Source of the DNA: an uncultured delta proteobacterium
GTDB taxonomy: Bacteria; Desulfobacterota; Binatia; UBA9968
Direction of reading: 5' to 3'
Length of the DNA stretch: 64,000 bases
Assembly: GCA_963771465.1 (NCBI GenBank)
Contig: CAVYTU010000013.1
Location: 128,001-192,000 of the forward strand
The position numbers and the translations under genes are program-made. The notes under the pieces are model-generated. The model did not search any database, had not been told where the DNA came from, and saw nothing but the letters and a program-made list of their open reading frames with translations. Shown in pieces: positions 19,952 through 28,796 of the stretch. Each line of letters opens with the position of its first letter. Position 1 is the first letter of the stretch.

Positions 19952-20275
19952 TCATATGCAGGGTCCAACGACAAGATCAGTCGTTCGACCTTGGGCACCG
20001 CAGCGCATGATGACGTCACTAGGTTTGGGCAACGGTACGGCGAGCGGCGGATAAAGATTGTATGGATTTACTTGGCGACCTTGTCCCGAAACACAGTGGC
20101 CTGTAACGTAATCTACACCAAGACCCTTCGCTCCACATGCCACATTTGACTGGCTTGTTTTATCCCGAGCCGGATTAGCTCCACTAGAATTTGGGAGATT
20201 CTGACTAAGGCTCACACTCGGCAAAAACAATAGAGAAATCATTAGCGATGGTATCAAGAAACTTACCTGCCGCAT
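19952..20275 (-). CDS. Secreted hypothetical protein with two Cys-bounded repeats
   Basis: CAGGAGGT RBS; signal peptide; CGAKGLGVDYVTGHC and CGAQGRTTDLVVGPC. Confidence 0.65.
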   Translation of the reverse strand: MRQVSFLIPSLMISLLFLPSVSLSQNLPNSSGANPARDKTSQSNVACGAKGLGVDYVTGHCVSGQGRQVNPYNLYPPLAVPLPKPSDVIMRCGAQGRTTDLVVGPCI

Positions 20276-20855
20276 GTCGGTTACCTCCTGATCTAGCACT
20301 TAATAACGGTCAACGGGCAATTGTACGAGTTTTCTCCGCCATTAGGCAAATCACCGCAACAGCGCTATTGAAGAATAGTCAGCTATAGTCCTCACAGGCG
20401 TCCCCTAGAATCGCGCAGGAATGGGCTTGACGACTTATCCGCACACATAGACAATGCGCCATGCGCCAAGGCAAGCCGACTCGTCGCTCCTGGAAGTGGA
20501 CCTTGCCTGCCTTTGTCGGCCCACCGGAATCTACAAATTGACTGTTGATATACATCGATGGTAGCCGGCTTTTTAACGTCAGAAAAGCGCCCAATGAACT
20601 CGGCGCCCTGGCGGGCGATCGGAGCGCAGCTCGCGATTCAGATTCAGCACCGTCTCAGGTTGATTAACTTCTTAAGCTACTTCACAAACCTGTCCAATAT
20701 TTTTTCTGCCGTGACAAGGACGGTCAAAAGAACGAGCTTTTTTCGGCCACTTTTGCCAATCGGGTGACGCACTATCCAGTGTACTGCCAGCTAAGTCCGG
20801 GAAATTTCACCCATTCCTTGCGCTTCTTCCTAGCAGAGCAGTGACGCTCATGACC

Positions 20856-20871
20856 CGGCACACCCATTGCT
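20856..20871 (+). promoter_or_regulatory. sigma54 promoter
   Basis: CGGCACACCCATTGCT (GG-N10-GC). Confidence 0.7.
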
Positions 20872-20909
20872 CTAAACAGGCGTGACTTCTCGCTCTCTCT
20901 GGAGAATGG

Positions 20910-21353
20910 ATGCTTAGAAACATAGAATCAGAGACTAAGCCTATCTCTCTTACCGTGATCGTTGCCGATAAACATCCCATTGCTCGGGCCGCACTCGCTA
21001 GTTTCTTGACGTATGACGGATATCGAGTGTTCCAAGCAGACAGTCTTGCCGCGGCTGTTTCCTATATCAATTACAATGAGAATCTCTCCGTACTCATTGC
21101 GGACCTCGAAATGCCGGACTGGAGATCGATTGTGCGACATGCGGTAAGGACAACCCATGCTCTGGTGATGGGCATGGAGGGGAATCATTCAATTCCCGAA
21201 ATGTATGACCTTCACGAGCACGGTCTTCGGCTCTGTTTGCAGAAACCGATCAACTACAATGACGTGCGCGGAGCGATTGAAAAGAATGTGTTACGTCCTC
21301 GTGTGCCAAAACTTGAATATGCGCATTGGTTCGGCTCCGCTGTAATGCATTGA
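20910..21353 (+). CDS. Single-domain response regulator
   Basis: IVADKH, LIADLEMP phosphoacceptor, QKP. Confidence 0.75.
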   Translation: MLRNIESETKPISLTVIVADKHPIARAALASFLTYDGYRVFQADSLAAAVSYINYNENLSVLIADLEMPDWRSIVRHAVRTTHALVMGMEGNHSIPEMYDLHEHGLRLCLQKPINYNDVRGAIEKNVLRPRVPKLEYAHWFGSAVMH

Positions 21354-21615
21354 AGGAATTCCGTCCGTTCTCATCGATTGCAACCACTTCCCCATCGATT
21401 AGCGTGTTTGGCGGCAGCTTTGCGCAAGCACTGGCGCCATCGCGGAACCGCGTTCGTGAATCCATTGTCCCGACGTGACCAGAGCGTAACGCCGCTGTAC
21501 TCGGCCGCAAGGCATCGGTAGCCATCAAGACTGGCCTCATAGCTGCCAGGGTCGCCGGATGGCAGCTCGGTAACGGCATGTGCGTACATCGGTTCGATGA
21601 ACGCCAGTTTAACTC
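21300..21615 (-). pseudogene. ligD: Remnant of a LigD-type ATP-dependent DNA ligase domain
   Basis: FIEPM...YEASLDGYR (catalytic K lost)...LWSRR, then a frameshift to LIDGEVVAIDENGRNSFNALQ; truncated. Confidence 0.75.
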
Positions 21616-21773
21616 GCGGTATTGTTGAAACTTCTATCCGAGCATTTAATTACAGCGGGAGATTGTGTTGATGGAATTTGAGATTTGATTCCCGCCGACT
21701 TGGATATCATGCCTGAGGCATAAATTTTCGCTAGGGCAATTCATCTTTTCAGGCGGCATGGCATTATAGAGGT

Positions 21774-22400
21774 ATGGGGAGAGTAACTAGAGACCTGGGC
21801 CTCTTTTCAATCTCGACAAAAGTTCCAGATGGATTCATTTATCGCCCAAGCTTTATCTCGGAGGCCGAAGAGCACGAACTTATTGGCGAGATTCAGAAAA
21901 TTAATCTTGCGCCGTTTAAATATTATCAATTTACAGGGAAGCGACGAACAGCTAGCTTTGGTTGGGAGTACGAGTTTGGCACGAGTGACATCACACCAAC
22001 TCGGGATCTGCCGGCATTTCTTCTACCATTCCGGAGACGCGCAGGACAGCTTTTCAACATTGATCCGAACGTCCTGGTTCAAGCATCCATTATTGAGTAT
22101 TCCATCGGCGCGCCGATCGGATGGCACCGGGACATTCCGCAGTTTGGCAATGCAATAGGCATTTCTCTTGGCGCGCCGTGCCGAATGAGGTTTCGCAAAT
22201 GTAGCCGCAACCGGTCGAAGGTTGGTCGTGATGAAATATTGTCAATCGAACTAGAACCGCGCTCAATTTATTTCATGAGCGGCGCGGCGCGAGAGATCTG
22301 GCAGCATTCAATACCGCCGGTGAAGGAGCTACGCTACTCGGTCGTGATGAGGACTCTGCGCGTGAAACCAAAACTTATAAAAGATAGAGATGGCGAATGA
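21774..22400 (+). CDS. AlkB-like 2OG-Fe(II) dioxygenase
   Basis: IGWHRD (HxD), GISLG, WQHSI and RYSVVMR motifs. Confidence 0.88.
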   Translation: MGRVTRDLGLFSISTKVPDGFIYRPSFISEAEEHELIGEIQKINLAPFKYYQFTGKRRTASFGWEYEFGTSDITPTRDLPAFLLPFRRRAGQLFNIDPNVLVQASIIEYSIGAPIGWHRDIPQFGNAIGISLGAPCRMRFRKCSRNRSKVGRDEILSIELEPRSIYFMSGAAREIWQHSIPPVKELRYSVVMRTLRVKPKLIKDRDGE

Positions 22401-22919
22401 TGCCCGGGTCGGGTGTGGTGCTAGCAGCCGGAGTTCTCATACTCACCCATCGCCGATAATTATTCAGTTGAAAATCGCAGCCCTGGTGCTAGCTAACGGT
22501 TCGACAATTCCATCACTAGTCGATAACTTCGGGTGGCGGGGGCGTTCGGAATGAACCTTCATCTCTCGAGGTATTAGGTCGCAAGGATTTTCAGACCGCA
22601 GAGCAGCAACCCAGGAGCGTGCTGACGCGGTGGTCTTGTTGCAAAACGGTGTCGCTGCTGCTCACCGGACAGAGATTGCAGAATTTGCAATAAGGAAAAG
22701 GTTTTTTCGTCAGCCTTCTTGGCTTCCTACCTTCGCTGTCATGGGAGTTCACGTCCGCAAGGAATTATTTGGATATTTTACATTGCACAACATTTGTTCG
22801 GCGAAGCGGTAGAGATAAAGGGTCTACTCCTGCATTTGACATGAACGTTGGTAATAGAAGAAACTATGCCGAATAATATCTGATTTGCAGAAACTAGGTT
22901 TGAGAAAAAGGGGCTGTTT

Positions 22920-23318
22920 GTGAGTAAAAAAGACGATCCGACGCTGTGGGACGTGGTGGCATTTGGTAGTATGTCCGTGGCAATGTTCACGGGTTTTTCC
23001 TTATGCCTCGGTCTTGGCTTTCTGGCTATTATCTTTTTCGGATTGTGGGACGCAATGGGCCAAACATTTGAAAAGTCGATCATCTCCTTTAGCCTTTTTG
23101 ACATCTCTACACTTTTTGGTAGTTGTTCGGTGATCCTTTTTGGAGCGGGTGTGGGCAGAATAATGGGTGCTGATTGGATGCATAGTGCGGAGCGGTGGTT
23201 CAAGACCACGGAAGAATGGGCACAAGAACAGGTAGGTATTGAGACGCGCGGGTTTCGTTGCGTATGGCTTGCTAGTATGAAAAATGTCCGACGGATATTT
23301 TCAAGCCGACATCACTGA
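22920..23318 (+). CDS. Hypothetical membrane protein
   Basis: Two hydrophobic segments; followed by a terminator. Confidence 0.45.
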   Translation: MSKKDDPTLWDVVAFGSMSVAMFTGFSLCLGLGFLAIIFFGLWDAMGQTFEKSIISFSLFDISTLFGSCSVILFGAGVGRIMGADWMHSAERWFKTTEEWAQEQVGIETRGFRCVWLASMKNVRRIFSSRHH

Positions 23319-23361
23319 ATGAGGTTAAGTCGCACAACATCTGGATTTGCGACACGAACAT

Positions 23362-23392
23362 GGGTCAAGCATCACGGCTTGGCCCTTTTTTT
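23362..23392 (+). terminator. Rho-independent terminator
   Basis: GGGTCAAGC-atcacg-GCTTGGCCC followed by T7. Confidence 0.75.
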
Positions 23393-23804
23393 ACGGTTAG
23401 GGATATTCACCATTGACAAAAGGTCAATATTTGCTTTGCTGTTGCGTTAGAGAGAGCGCGCGGTAGGAAACAAAGCGGGAAGAGTGAGACGCAAACCCTT
23501 GGAAGAATTGATTGCCAGTTGGAACCGAAGCCGAAATAATTCGTCGCAGCCATCGATGACGCGATCGCTTGCGACAATAAATTCTCCGACTGTTCAGAGT
23601 GGCTCGTCTGAGCGCGACGCTATGCCGACGCGATCAACTTCTTGCAAGTAGAATGTGTGCCGCTGCCGACCAGTAGCCTGCTGCTCCAAAAGGCTTTCGA
23701 AGTGACCTTTTAAAACCGCAACAACTTATAGGTTATGCCAGCTCCGACTGCGAGCGAGTGCTCGCGGGTCAATCGGCCGCGGCGACTACGCCATCGTTTC
23801 CGGT

Positions 23805-24254
23805 TTACACTGATAGTAATCGGTCAAAAAAAGATCGGTAACTGCGCAGCGCTAGGCGCAGCTCCTCCGTCGAAACCTTTTCGGAGTGCTCCCATTCAGA
23901 TTCTAAGCGGCTCCTTTGATCGCTAAAGCTTTTTGCTAACTGTTGCATAAGCTCAGCTACCAGTTCATCAGCCTGTTCGACGGCCCGGCGCGGCTCGTCG
24001 ACGAAACCGGTTTGGATGTTTTGCCAGCGGGAGCGGAACTCTTTTCCCTCATTTGGAGAGAGCAGCGGACTTAGCGCTTCGCCGTTTGTTCGCTCCAAAT
24101 GCGCTGGAACTCCGTTAGCCGGCTCGTCCTTTGCGACCAATTTACGGTCCTGATCGGAATGCTCAAAGTCTGCCTTGTCGCTCTCCGCCCGCGCCATATC
24201 CTTCGTCGTCAATTTCTTGCTTTCCGACACTTCCATCGTACGTGCCTCCTTCAA
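23805..24254 (-). CDS. Conserved hypothetical protein (FVDEP / TEELRLAL domain)
   Basis: RWQNIQTGFVDEPRRAVEQAD...STEELRLALRSYRSFFDRLL; overlaps the upstream stop by 4 nt. Confidence 0.8.
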   Translation of the reverse strand: MKEARTMEVSESKKLTTKDMARAESDKADFEHSDQDRKLVAKDEPANGVPAHLERTNGEALSPLLSPNEGKEFRSRWQNIQTGFVDEPRRAVEQADELVAELMQQLAKSFSDQRSRLESEWEHSEKVSTEELRLALRSYRSFFDRLLSV

Positions 24255-24862
24255 TGGTTTGGCTGAACACCCGAGGATTTACCGTTGCGCAGTCGCACGG
24301 TCTTGCTTTTATCGCTGCTTACGTCAGGTTCTTCGGATTTGAGAAGATCGTCGAACAATATCCGATAGTGGACAAGCGCCTGCCGTAGCTCTTCAGTGCT
24401 CGCGTTGGACTTTTCGCTGCGGTCTGCGATGCGAGTGGCGGCTCGAAAATTTTCGACGACATGGGGATGGTCGACCGATATATCCGCAGCCGACTGCTCG
24501 AAATCGGTTAACGGGTAGCCGCACCGCTGCATTACCTCTTGAACCAGCCGGTGTGCGTCGGAGACTGCACTATCGGGTTGATCCACAAAGCGGTTTTGAA
24601 CCACTATCCAGTTTTCCCGATATCGCGCCCGTTCGGCACGTGGCAAAGAGACGATATTGAATTTGCGGACTCTTTTTTCGCGCTTGCTCAGCTCCGCTTC
24701 TGCGCTCTGTTGGCTTTGGTACGCGCTAACTGTCTTATCGTATTCCGGTCCGAAACGTTCACGTAACCGCTCGGTTGTTTTTCGACGCGCAAAAAACCAA
24801 ATTCCGAAGCCGATCAAAATTAACGCAATCGCGCTAAGAGCAATAATAAGTTCATTAGTCAT
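24251..24862 (-). CDS. Membrane-anchored conserved hypothetical protein
   Basis: N-terminal TM, LRERFGPEYD, FVDQP and STEELRQALVHYR motifs. Confidence 0.82.
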   Translation of the reverse strand: MTNELIIALSAIALILIGFGIWFFARRKTTERLRERFGPEYDKTVSAYQSQQSAEAELSKREKRVRKFNIVSLPRAERARYRENWIVVQNRFVDQPDSAVSDAHRLVQEVMQRCGYPLTDFEQSAADISVDHPHVVENFRAATRIADRSEKSNASTEELRQALVHYRILFDDLLKSEEPDVSSDKSKTVRLRNGKSSGVQPNH

Positions 24863-24896
24863 AGATCACCTGTGCTTGGTATTTCTTGCAATAAAC

Positions 24897-24912
24897 CGCA
24901 AACAGTGTGCCA
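24897..24912 (-). promoter_or_regulatory. sigma54 promoter
   Basis: TGGCACACTGTTTGCG. Confidence 0.85.
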
Positions 24913-24951
24913 TTTAATTTTGGCACTAACACGGGGCTTGCAGAAAAGCGG

Positions 24952-25000
24952 CGTCACATTTCTGCAAACATTTGCTGCCGTTCATCGCAAATTTGGGACA
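24952..25000. promoter_or_regulatory. Tandem 18-bp palindromic activator sites
   Basis: CGTCACATTTCTGCAAAC (24952) and CATCGCAAATTTGGGACA (24983), 31 bp apart. Confidence 0.6.
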
Positions 25001-25486
25001 CGAAAATGCGGGCGCGATGTGGTGTTTCGAGCAGCGCCCGGGTCGCAATGAGATGATTTGCTGCGTAGTCATCTAAGATAAATTTCCTTCCTTACCCTCT
25101 GAACATCACATGCAGCGAGACAATGATCGTCGCCGTATGCCGAGATTGATCGAGCGGCTATGAATATTGCGTGACCGCGTTTGGAGGGAAAACCAATTTG
25201 CCGCCCGAGGCAGAAAATCGCGCCGGGGCAAAGGAGCTTGAAGTGACCTGCACGAGCCGAGAATGCAAGCCGTCGGAGCAGTAGCAATTGACGTATGCTG
25301 CTGAAACTTTTTGGCCCACCTAAAAGTTGGACTCAAAATTGCCTATTGATACGGTAGAGTTGCAAGTTTTCCGAGTGTGACACGCGCACGGCAAGCTGAG
25401 GAGATTGTTTAAGCTGGCTTTTTGTGAGCGCGGCCGCAACGAGGGCTTGAATTCGTAATCATCTTTATGATTATGTACTTCGGGAA

Positions 25487-25536
25487 CGTCCCAAATTCGG
25501 GACGGTCAGTAATGCATTTGTCCCGTAAATGAGACA
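25487..25536. promoter_or_regulatory. Tandem 18-bp palindromic activator sites upstream of the bEBP gene
   Basis: CGTCCCAAATTCGGGACG (25487) and TGTCCCGTAAATGAGACA (25519), 32 bp apart. Confidence 0.8.
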
Positions 25537-25576
25537 GACTCCTTCGTGAAATCTTTATAAACCGCAGTCTCATTTT

Positions 25577-25592
25577 TGGTACGGGGATTGCC
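25577..25592 (+). promoter_or_regulatory. sigma54 promoter
   Basis: TGGTACGGGGATTGCC. Confidence 0.75.
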
Positions 25593-25625
25593 CTAAAATG
25601 CTCTTATAAAAAAGAGGAGAGTGTC

Positions 25626-26981
25626 ATGCAAGGTAGTATTCTTGTTGCCGAAGATGAATTGTTGCCCAGAAAAAATATCTGCCGGGTTCTCGAAGAGGAG
25701 GGTCTATATCAGATTCATGAAGCCGCTGATGGGAACGCGGCAATAGAAGCAGTCGACAAAAACGATTTAGATTTGGTTCTGCTGGACTTAAAGATGCCGG
25801 GTGCGGACGGTATGACGGTGCTCCAGCATGTGCGACAGGCTTCGCCCCAGACGTTAGTCCTGATCATGACTGCTTATGCATCGCTCGAAACCTCGGTTGA
25901 GGCGCTCCGCCTGGGAGCGCAGGATTATATTTTTAAACCAATCGTGCTCGACGGCGTGGTGAAGAAAGTGCGCACGTTGATGGAGAACAAGCGGCTTGCT
26001 TGGGAGATCCAGACGCTACGCCGGCAAATTAATCTGGAATTCGAGGGCACCGAATTGATCGGAAACAGCCCCGCCAACGCGGAAATTCTCGAGGTGATCG
26101 AGAAAGTTGCTCCGACCAACTCGACCGTTTTAATTAGTGGCGAGAGCGGTGTCGGAAAAGAGGTCGTCGCGCGTACTATTCACAACCAAAGCGCGCGCCG
26201 CGACAAAGTCTTTCTCGCGGTCAACTGCAGCGCGATTCCGGAAACCCTGCTGGAAAGCCAACTCTTCGGTCACGTTAAAGGCGCCTTTACGGGTGCGTCG
26301 AATTATCAAGAGGGTTTGTTTCAGCGCGCCAACGGCGGGACTATTTTTTTGGACGAGATTGGCGAGATGCCGCTCATGTTGCAGCCGAAAATTTTGCGCG
26401 CCATTGAAGAAAGAGCGGTAACGCCCATTGGCGCAGCCAAGCCGCTTCAAGTGGATGTGCGGATCATTGCCGCGACCAACCGGGAGCTAAAGGAGGAAGT
26501 GGATGAGGGAAAGTTTCGCGGCGACTTGTATTACCGCTTGAATGTCATTCATCTGCAGATCCCACCGCTGCGTGAGCGGCGGGAAGACATCCCGCTCTTG
26601 GTTGAACACTTCATCCGCCGCCAGAATAGCGAGCTCAAGAAAAACTACCAGGGCGTGGAAAGCAGTGCGTTGAAGGTACTCATGTCGCTGCCCTGGAAAG
26701 GCAATATTCGCGATCTCAACAACGTGCTCGAGCGCGCCATGATCCTCGGCAATGGCGAGTGGATTACGGTTAAAGATCTACCGCGCTGGGAAGTGCCCGA
26801 GGTCGATGTCTCCCGCAGCGTCGGTCACGATCTCAGGCGGACGGTTCGCGCCTATGAAAAAAGTCATATCGAAAATGTTCTGAAGGAAACTCACGGCGAC
26901 CGTACCCAGACCGCAGAATTGCTCGGCCTGAGCCGCTCATCTTTGTATCGTAAGATCGAAGCGTTAGGGATTCAATCTTAA
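25626..26981 (+). CDS. NtrC/AtoC-family sigma54-dependent response regulator (bEBP)
   Basis: Receiver (LLDLKMP), GESGVGKE, GAFTGA, FLDEI, WKGNIRDL and C-terminal HTH. Confidence 0.96.
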   Translation: MQGSILVAEDELLPRKNICRVLEEEGLYQIHEAADGNAAIEAVDKNDLDLVLLDLKMPGADGMTVLQHVRQASPQTLVLIMTAYASLETSVEALRLGAQDYIFKPIVLDGVVKKVRTLMENKRLAWEIQTLRRQINLEFEGTELIGNSPANAEILEVIEKVAPTNSTVLISGESGVGKEVVARTIHNQSARRDKVFLAVNCSAIPETLLESQLFGHVKGAFTGASNYQEGLFQRANGGTIFLDEIGEMPLMLQPKILRAIEERAVTPIGAAKPLQVDVRIIAATNRELKEEVDEGKFRGDLYYRLNVIHLQIPPLRERREDIPLLVEHFIRRQNSELKKNYQGVESSALKVLMSLPWKGNIRDLNNVLERAMILGNGEWITVKDLPRWEVPEVDVSRSVGHDLRRTVRAYEKSHIENVLKETHGDRTQTAELLGLSRSSLYRKIEALGIQS

Positions 26982-27020
26982 AATCTTGTCGGCGGATTTG
27001 AAGTTATTCATTTCCGCGCC

Positions 27021-27461
27021 TCAATGCACCGCCATACTTGGTTCTTCCGGCGGCGGTAGCGCTTTCCTTTTGGGACGGCGCCCCAGATGGGAAAGCGCGG
27101 CGACTAGGCCGTGCATCGCCGCGCTCGCTTCGCGCACCACGGCCGCAGCGCCGGTGGTTGTCTTCGTGCCGATCCGCTCGATTCCGTCGAGAAGACCGTT
27201 GACTTTTTGTTGCACGCGGGAGGAGATTTGGTTTCCAACCTGGCCGTAATGGCTCGCTTGCTTGTTGATTTCATCCATCAGTCGGACGACCTGCTCCGTA
27301 ACGGCCTTAGTTTGATCGGATAAGCGAGCGACGGTCTTTTCGACTTCGGCGGCTAATTTGGCGACTCGGCGAAAGATGACAAATAATATAATTGCTTGAG
27401 CCGCTGAGGCGACAGCCATGACGCCGATAAATACCGTCAGATAGGTCACGTAAGATTCCAC
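27021..27461 (-). CDS. Membrane-anchored coiled-coil protein (DUF948/YtxG-like)
   Basis: N-terminal TM plus helical region; AAGGAG RBS; directly downstream of ytxH. Confidence 0.6.
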   Translation of the reverse strand: MESYVTYLTVFIGVMAVASAAQAIILFVIFRRVAKLAAEVEKTVARLSDQTKAVTEQVVRLMDEINKQASHYGQVGNQISSRVQQKVNGLLDGIERIGTKTTTGAAAVVREASAAMHGLVAALSHLGRRPKRKALPPPEEPSMAVH

Positions 27462-27489
27462 GGTGGCTCCTTATCTGTGAATGCGGTTT

Positions 27490-27831
27490 CTAATCACGCT
27501 GACGATCACTAAATTCGCTGCGAATCTCTTCCTTCGTCTCTCTATACGCCTGCTTGCCAGCATCGACAGCGTCATTTACGCTGGATCGGCCGCCTTCAAC
27601 ATATTGCTTGCCTTTCTCAATCGCGCTATGCGCAATCTCGCTCAGCTGGCGGCTGCGCCGCTCTAGCGCTTCGCGGCCCTTGTCCGTTGTTTCTCGAATA
27701 GCATGACGTATATCCTGACCGGTTCGCGGCGCGAATAAGAGACTAATTGCGGCGCCGATACCGATACCCAACAATATATAACCTATTTTACCGTCACCAG
27801 TGCCCTTAGCTTCCATGCCGTGGTTCTCCAT
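27490..27831 (-). CDS. ytxH: YtxH-domain general stress protein
   Basis: LLGIGIGAAISLLFAPRTGQDIR. Confidence 0.88.
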   Translation of the reverse strand: MENHGMEAKGTGDGKIGYILLGIGIGAAISLLFAPRTGQDIRHAIRETTDKGREALERRSRQLSEIAHSAIEKGKQYVEGGRSSVNDAVDAGKQAYRETKEEIRSEFSDRQRD

Positions 27832-27927
27832 TGGTTTTCCCCTTCACTGTTTAGATTTTCTTATCACCAAGCACGAATGATCGCAGACTATTTAATTTTG
27901 ATCGACGACCCTTTAGCGCCAAGTTTC

Positions 27928-28134
27928 TTAATGCGTGTCGATATTATTCGTCCAATCGGCGACGCGGCGCTCCGCCTCATCTTTGCTCAGGCCGTATCTC
28001 TCCTGGATCTTGCCAACCAACTGATCGCGTTTGCCAGCGATCTTATCCAGCTCGTCGTCGGTGAGATCGCCCCAATTTTCTTTGATCTTACCTTTCATTT
28101 GTTTCCACTGTCCTGAAATTGTGTCCCAGTTCAT
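27928..28134 (-). CDS. csbD: CsbD family general stress protein
   Basis: [29 protein letters not shown]...QERYG; GGAGG RBS. Confidence 0.95.
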   Translation of the reverse strand: MNWDTISGQWKQMKGKIKENWGDLTDDELDKIAGKRDQLVGKIQERYGLSKDEAERRVADWTNNIDTH

Positions 28135-28177
28135 AACGTACCTCCACAAAGAGAATTTGCCAACGACCGATTAAACG

Positions 28178-28193
28178 AGCAAAAGATGTGCCC
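28178..28193 (-). promoter_or_regulatory. sigma54 promoter
   Basis: GGGCACATCTTTTGCT. Confidence 0.8.
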
Positions 28194-28232
28194 GCAGCGA
28201 ATTTAGGAGAGCTCTATCAGAGAGGTCAGGTA

Positions 28233-28281
28233 AATCGCAAGTCTAAGACAACAGAACTTGTAATGTTTCGGTGATGGGACA
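28233..28281. promoter_or_regulatory. Tandem 18-bp palindromic activator sites
   Basis: AATCGCAAGTCTAAGACA (28233) and TGTTTCGGTGATGGGACA (28264), 31 bp apart. Confidence 0.6.
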
Positions 28282-28361
28282 AATTGCCATTCGTCTCACG
28301 CGCCGCCAGAGTACAAACGTCAATGTAGCGCGGCCATTCGGTCCGCCAACAACGACCGTGG

Positions 28362-28619
28362 TCAAGCCTCCGTTCCCGTGGAGACACTCTCAATTATAGC
28401 CGGTCGGGGCGGTACAGCTTCTTGGCCGATGATTTCTATTTCTGACGGATAAGCGTAATCGGTCACACCGGAATCCCATCGCACCAGAATGGGATGACGA
28501 CCGACGTTGTCCATCTCACACTGGATCACACCTTCCGTGGAACAGCGAATTAAGCCTTGACTGGTTCTGATCTCTCGTGTGGCTCGGCAGCGCATTCGCG
28601 TCAAAGTTGGGTTAGTCAT
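28362..28619 (-). CDS. Small hypothetical beta-rich protein
   Basis: ILVRWDSG motif suggests an SH3-like fold. Confidence 0.5.
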   Translation of the reverse strand: MTNPTLTRMRCRATREIRTSQGLIRCSTEGVIQCEMDNVGRHPILVRWDSGVTDYAYPSEIEIIGQEAVPPRPAIIESVSTGTEA

Positions 28620-28796
28620 TGTATGCTGACGATTCGCGATTTTCTGGTGACCATCCCTAGTCCTGTCAAATTCGATTGGTGGTCACAGGGAGCAGGCGAT
28701 GCCGTTCGTCTGCGGTTTTATGTCCCGCAAGCGAACGGCATACATGATTCTTGCGCGAATCTAGATCCTTTATTTTGTTTTTATCTGCAGCTGCAG

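Noticed and set aside
21715-21732. sigma54-like GGCATAAATTTTCGC before the AlkB-like gene
   Set aside because: The GG-GC spacing is 11 rather than 10.
22778-23209. 143-aa minus-strand ORF
   Set aside because: Antisense to a more plausible membrane ORF that has a terminator.
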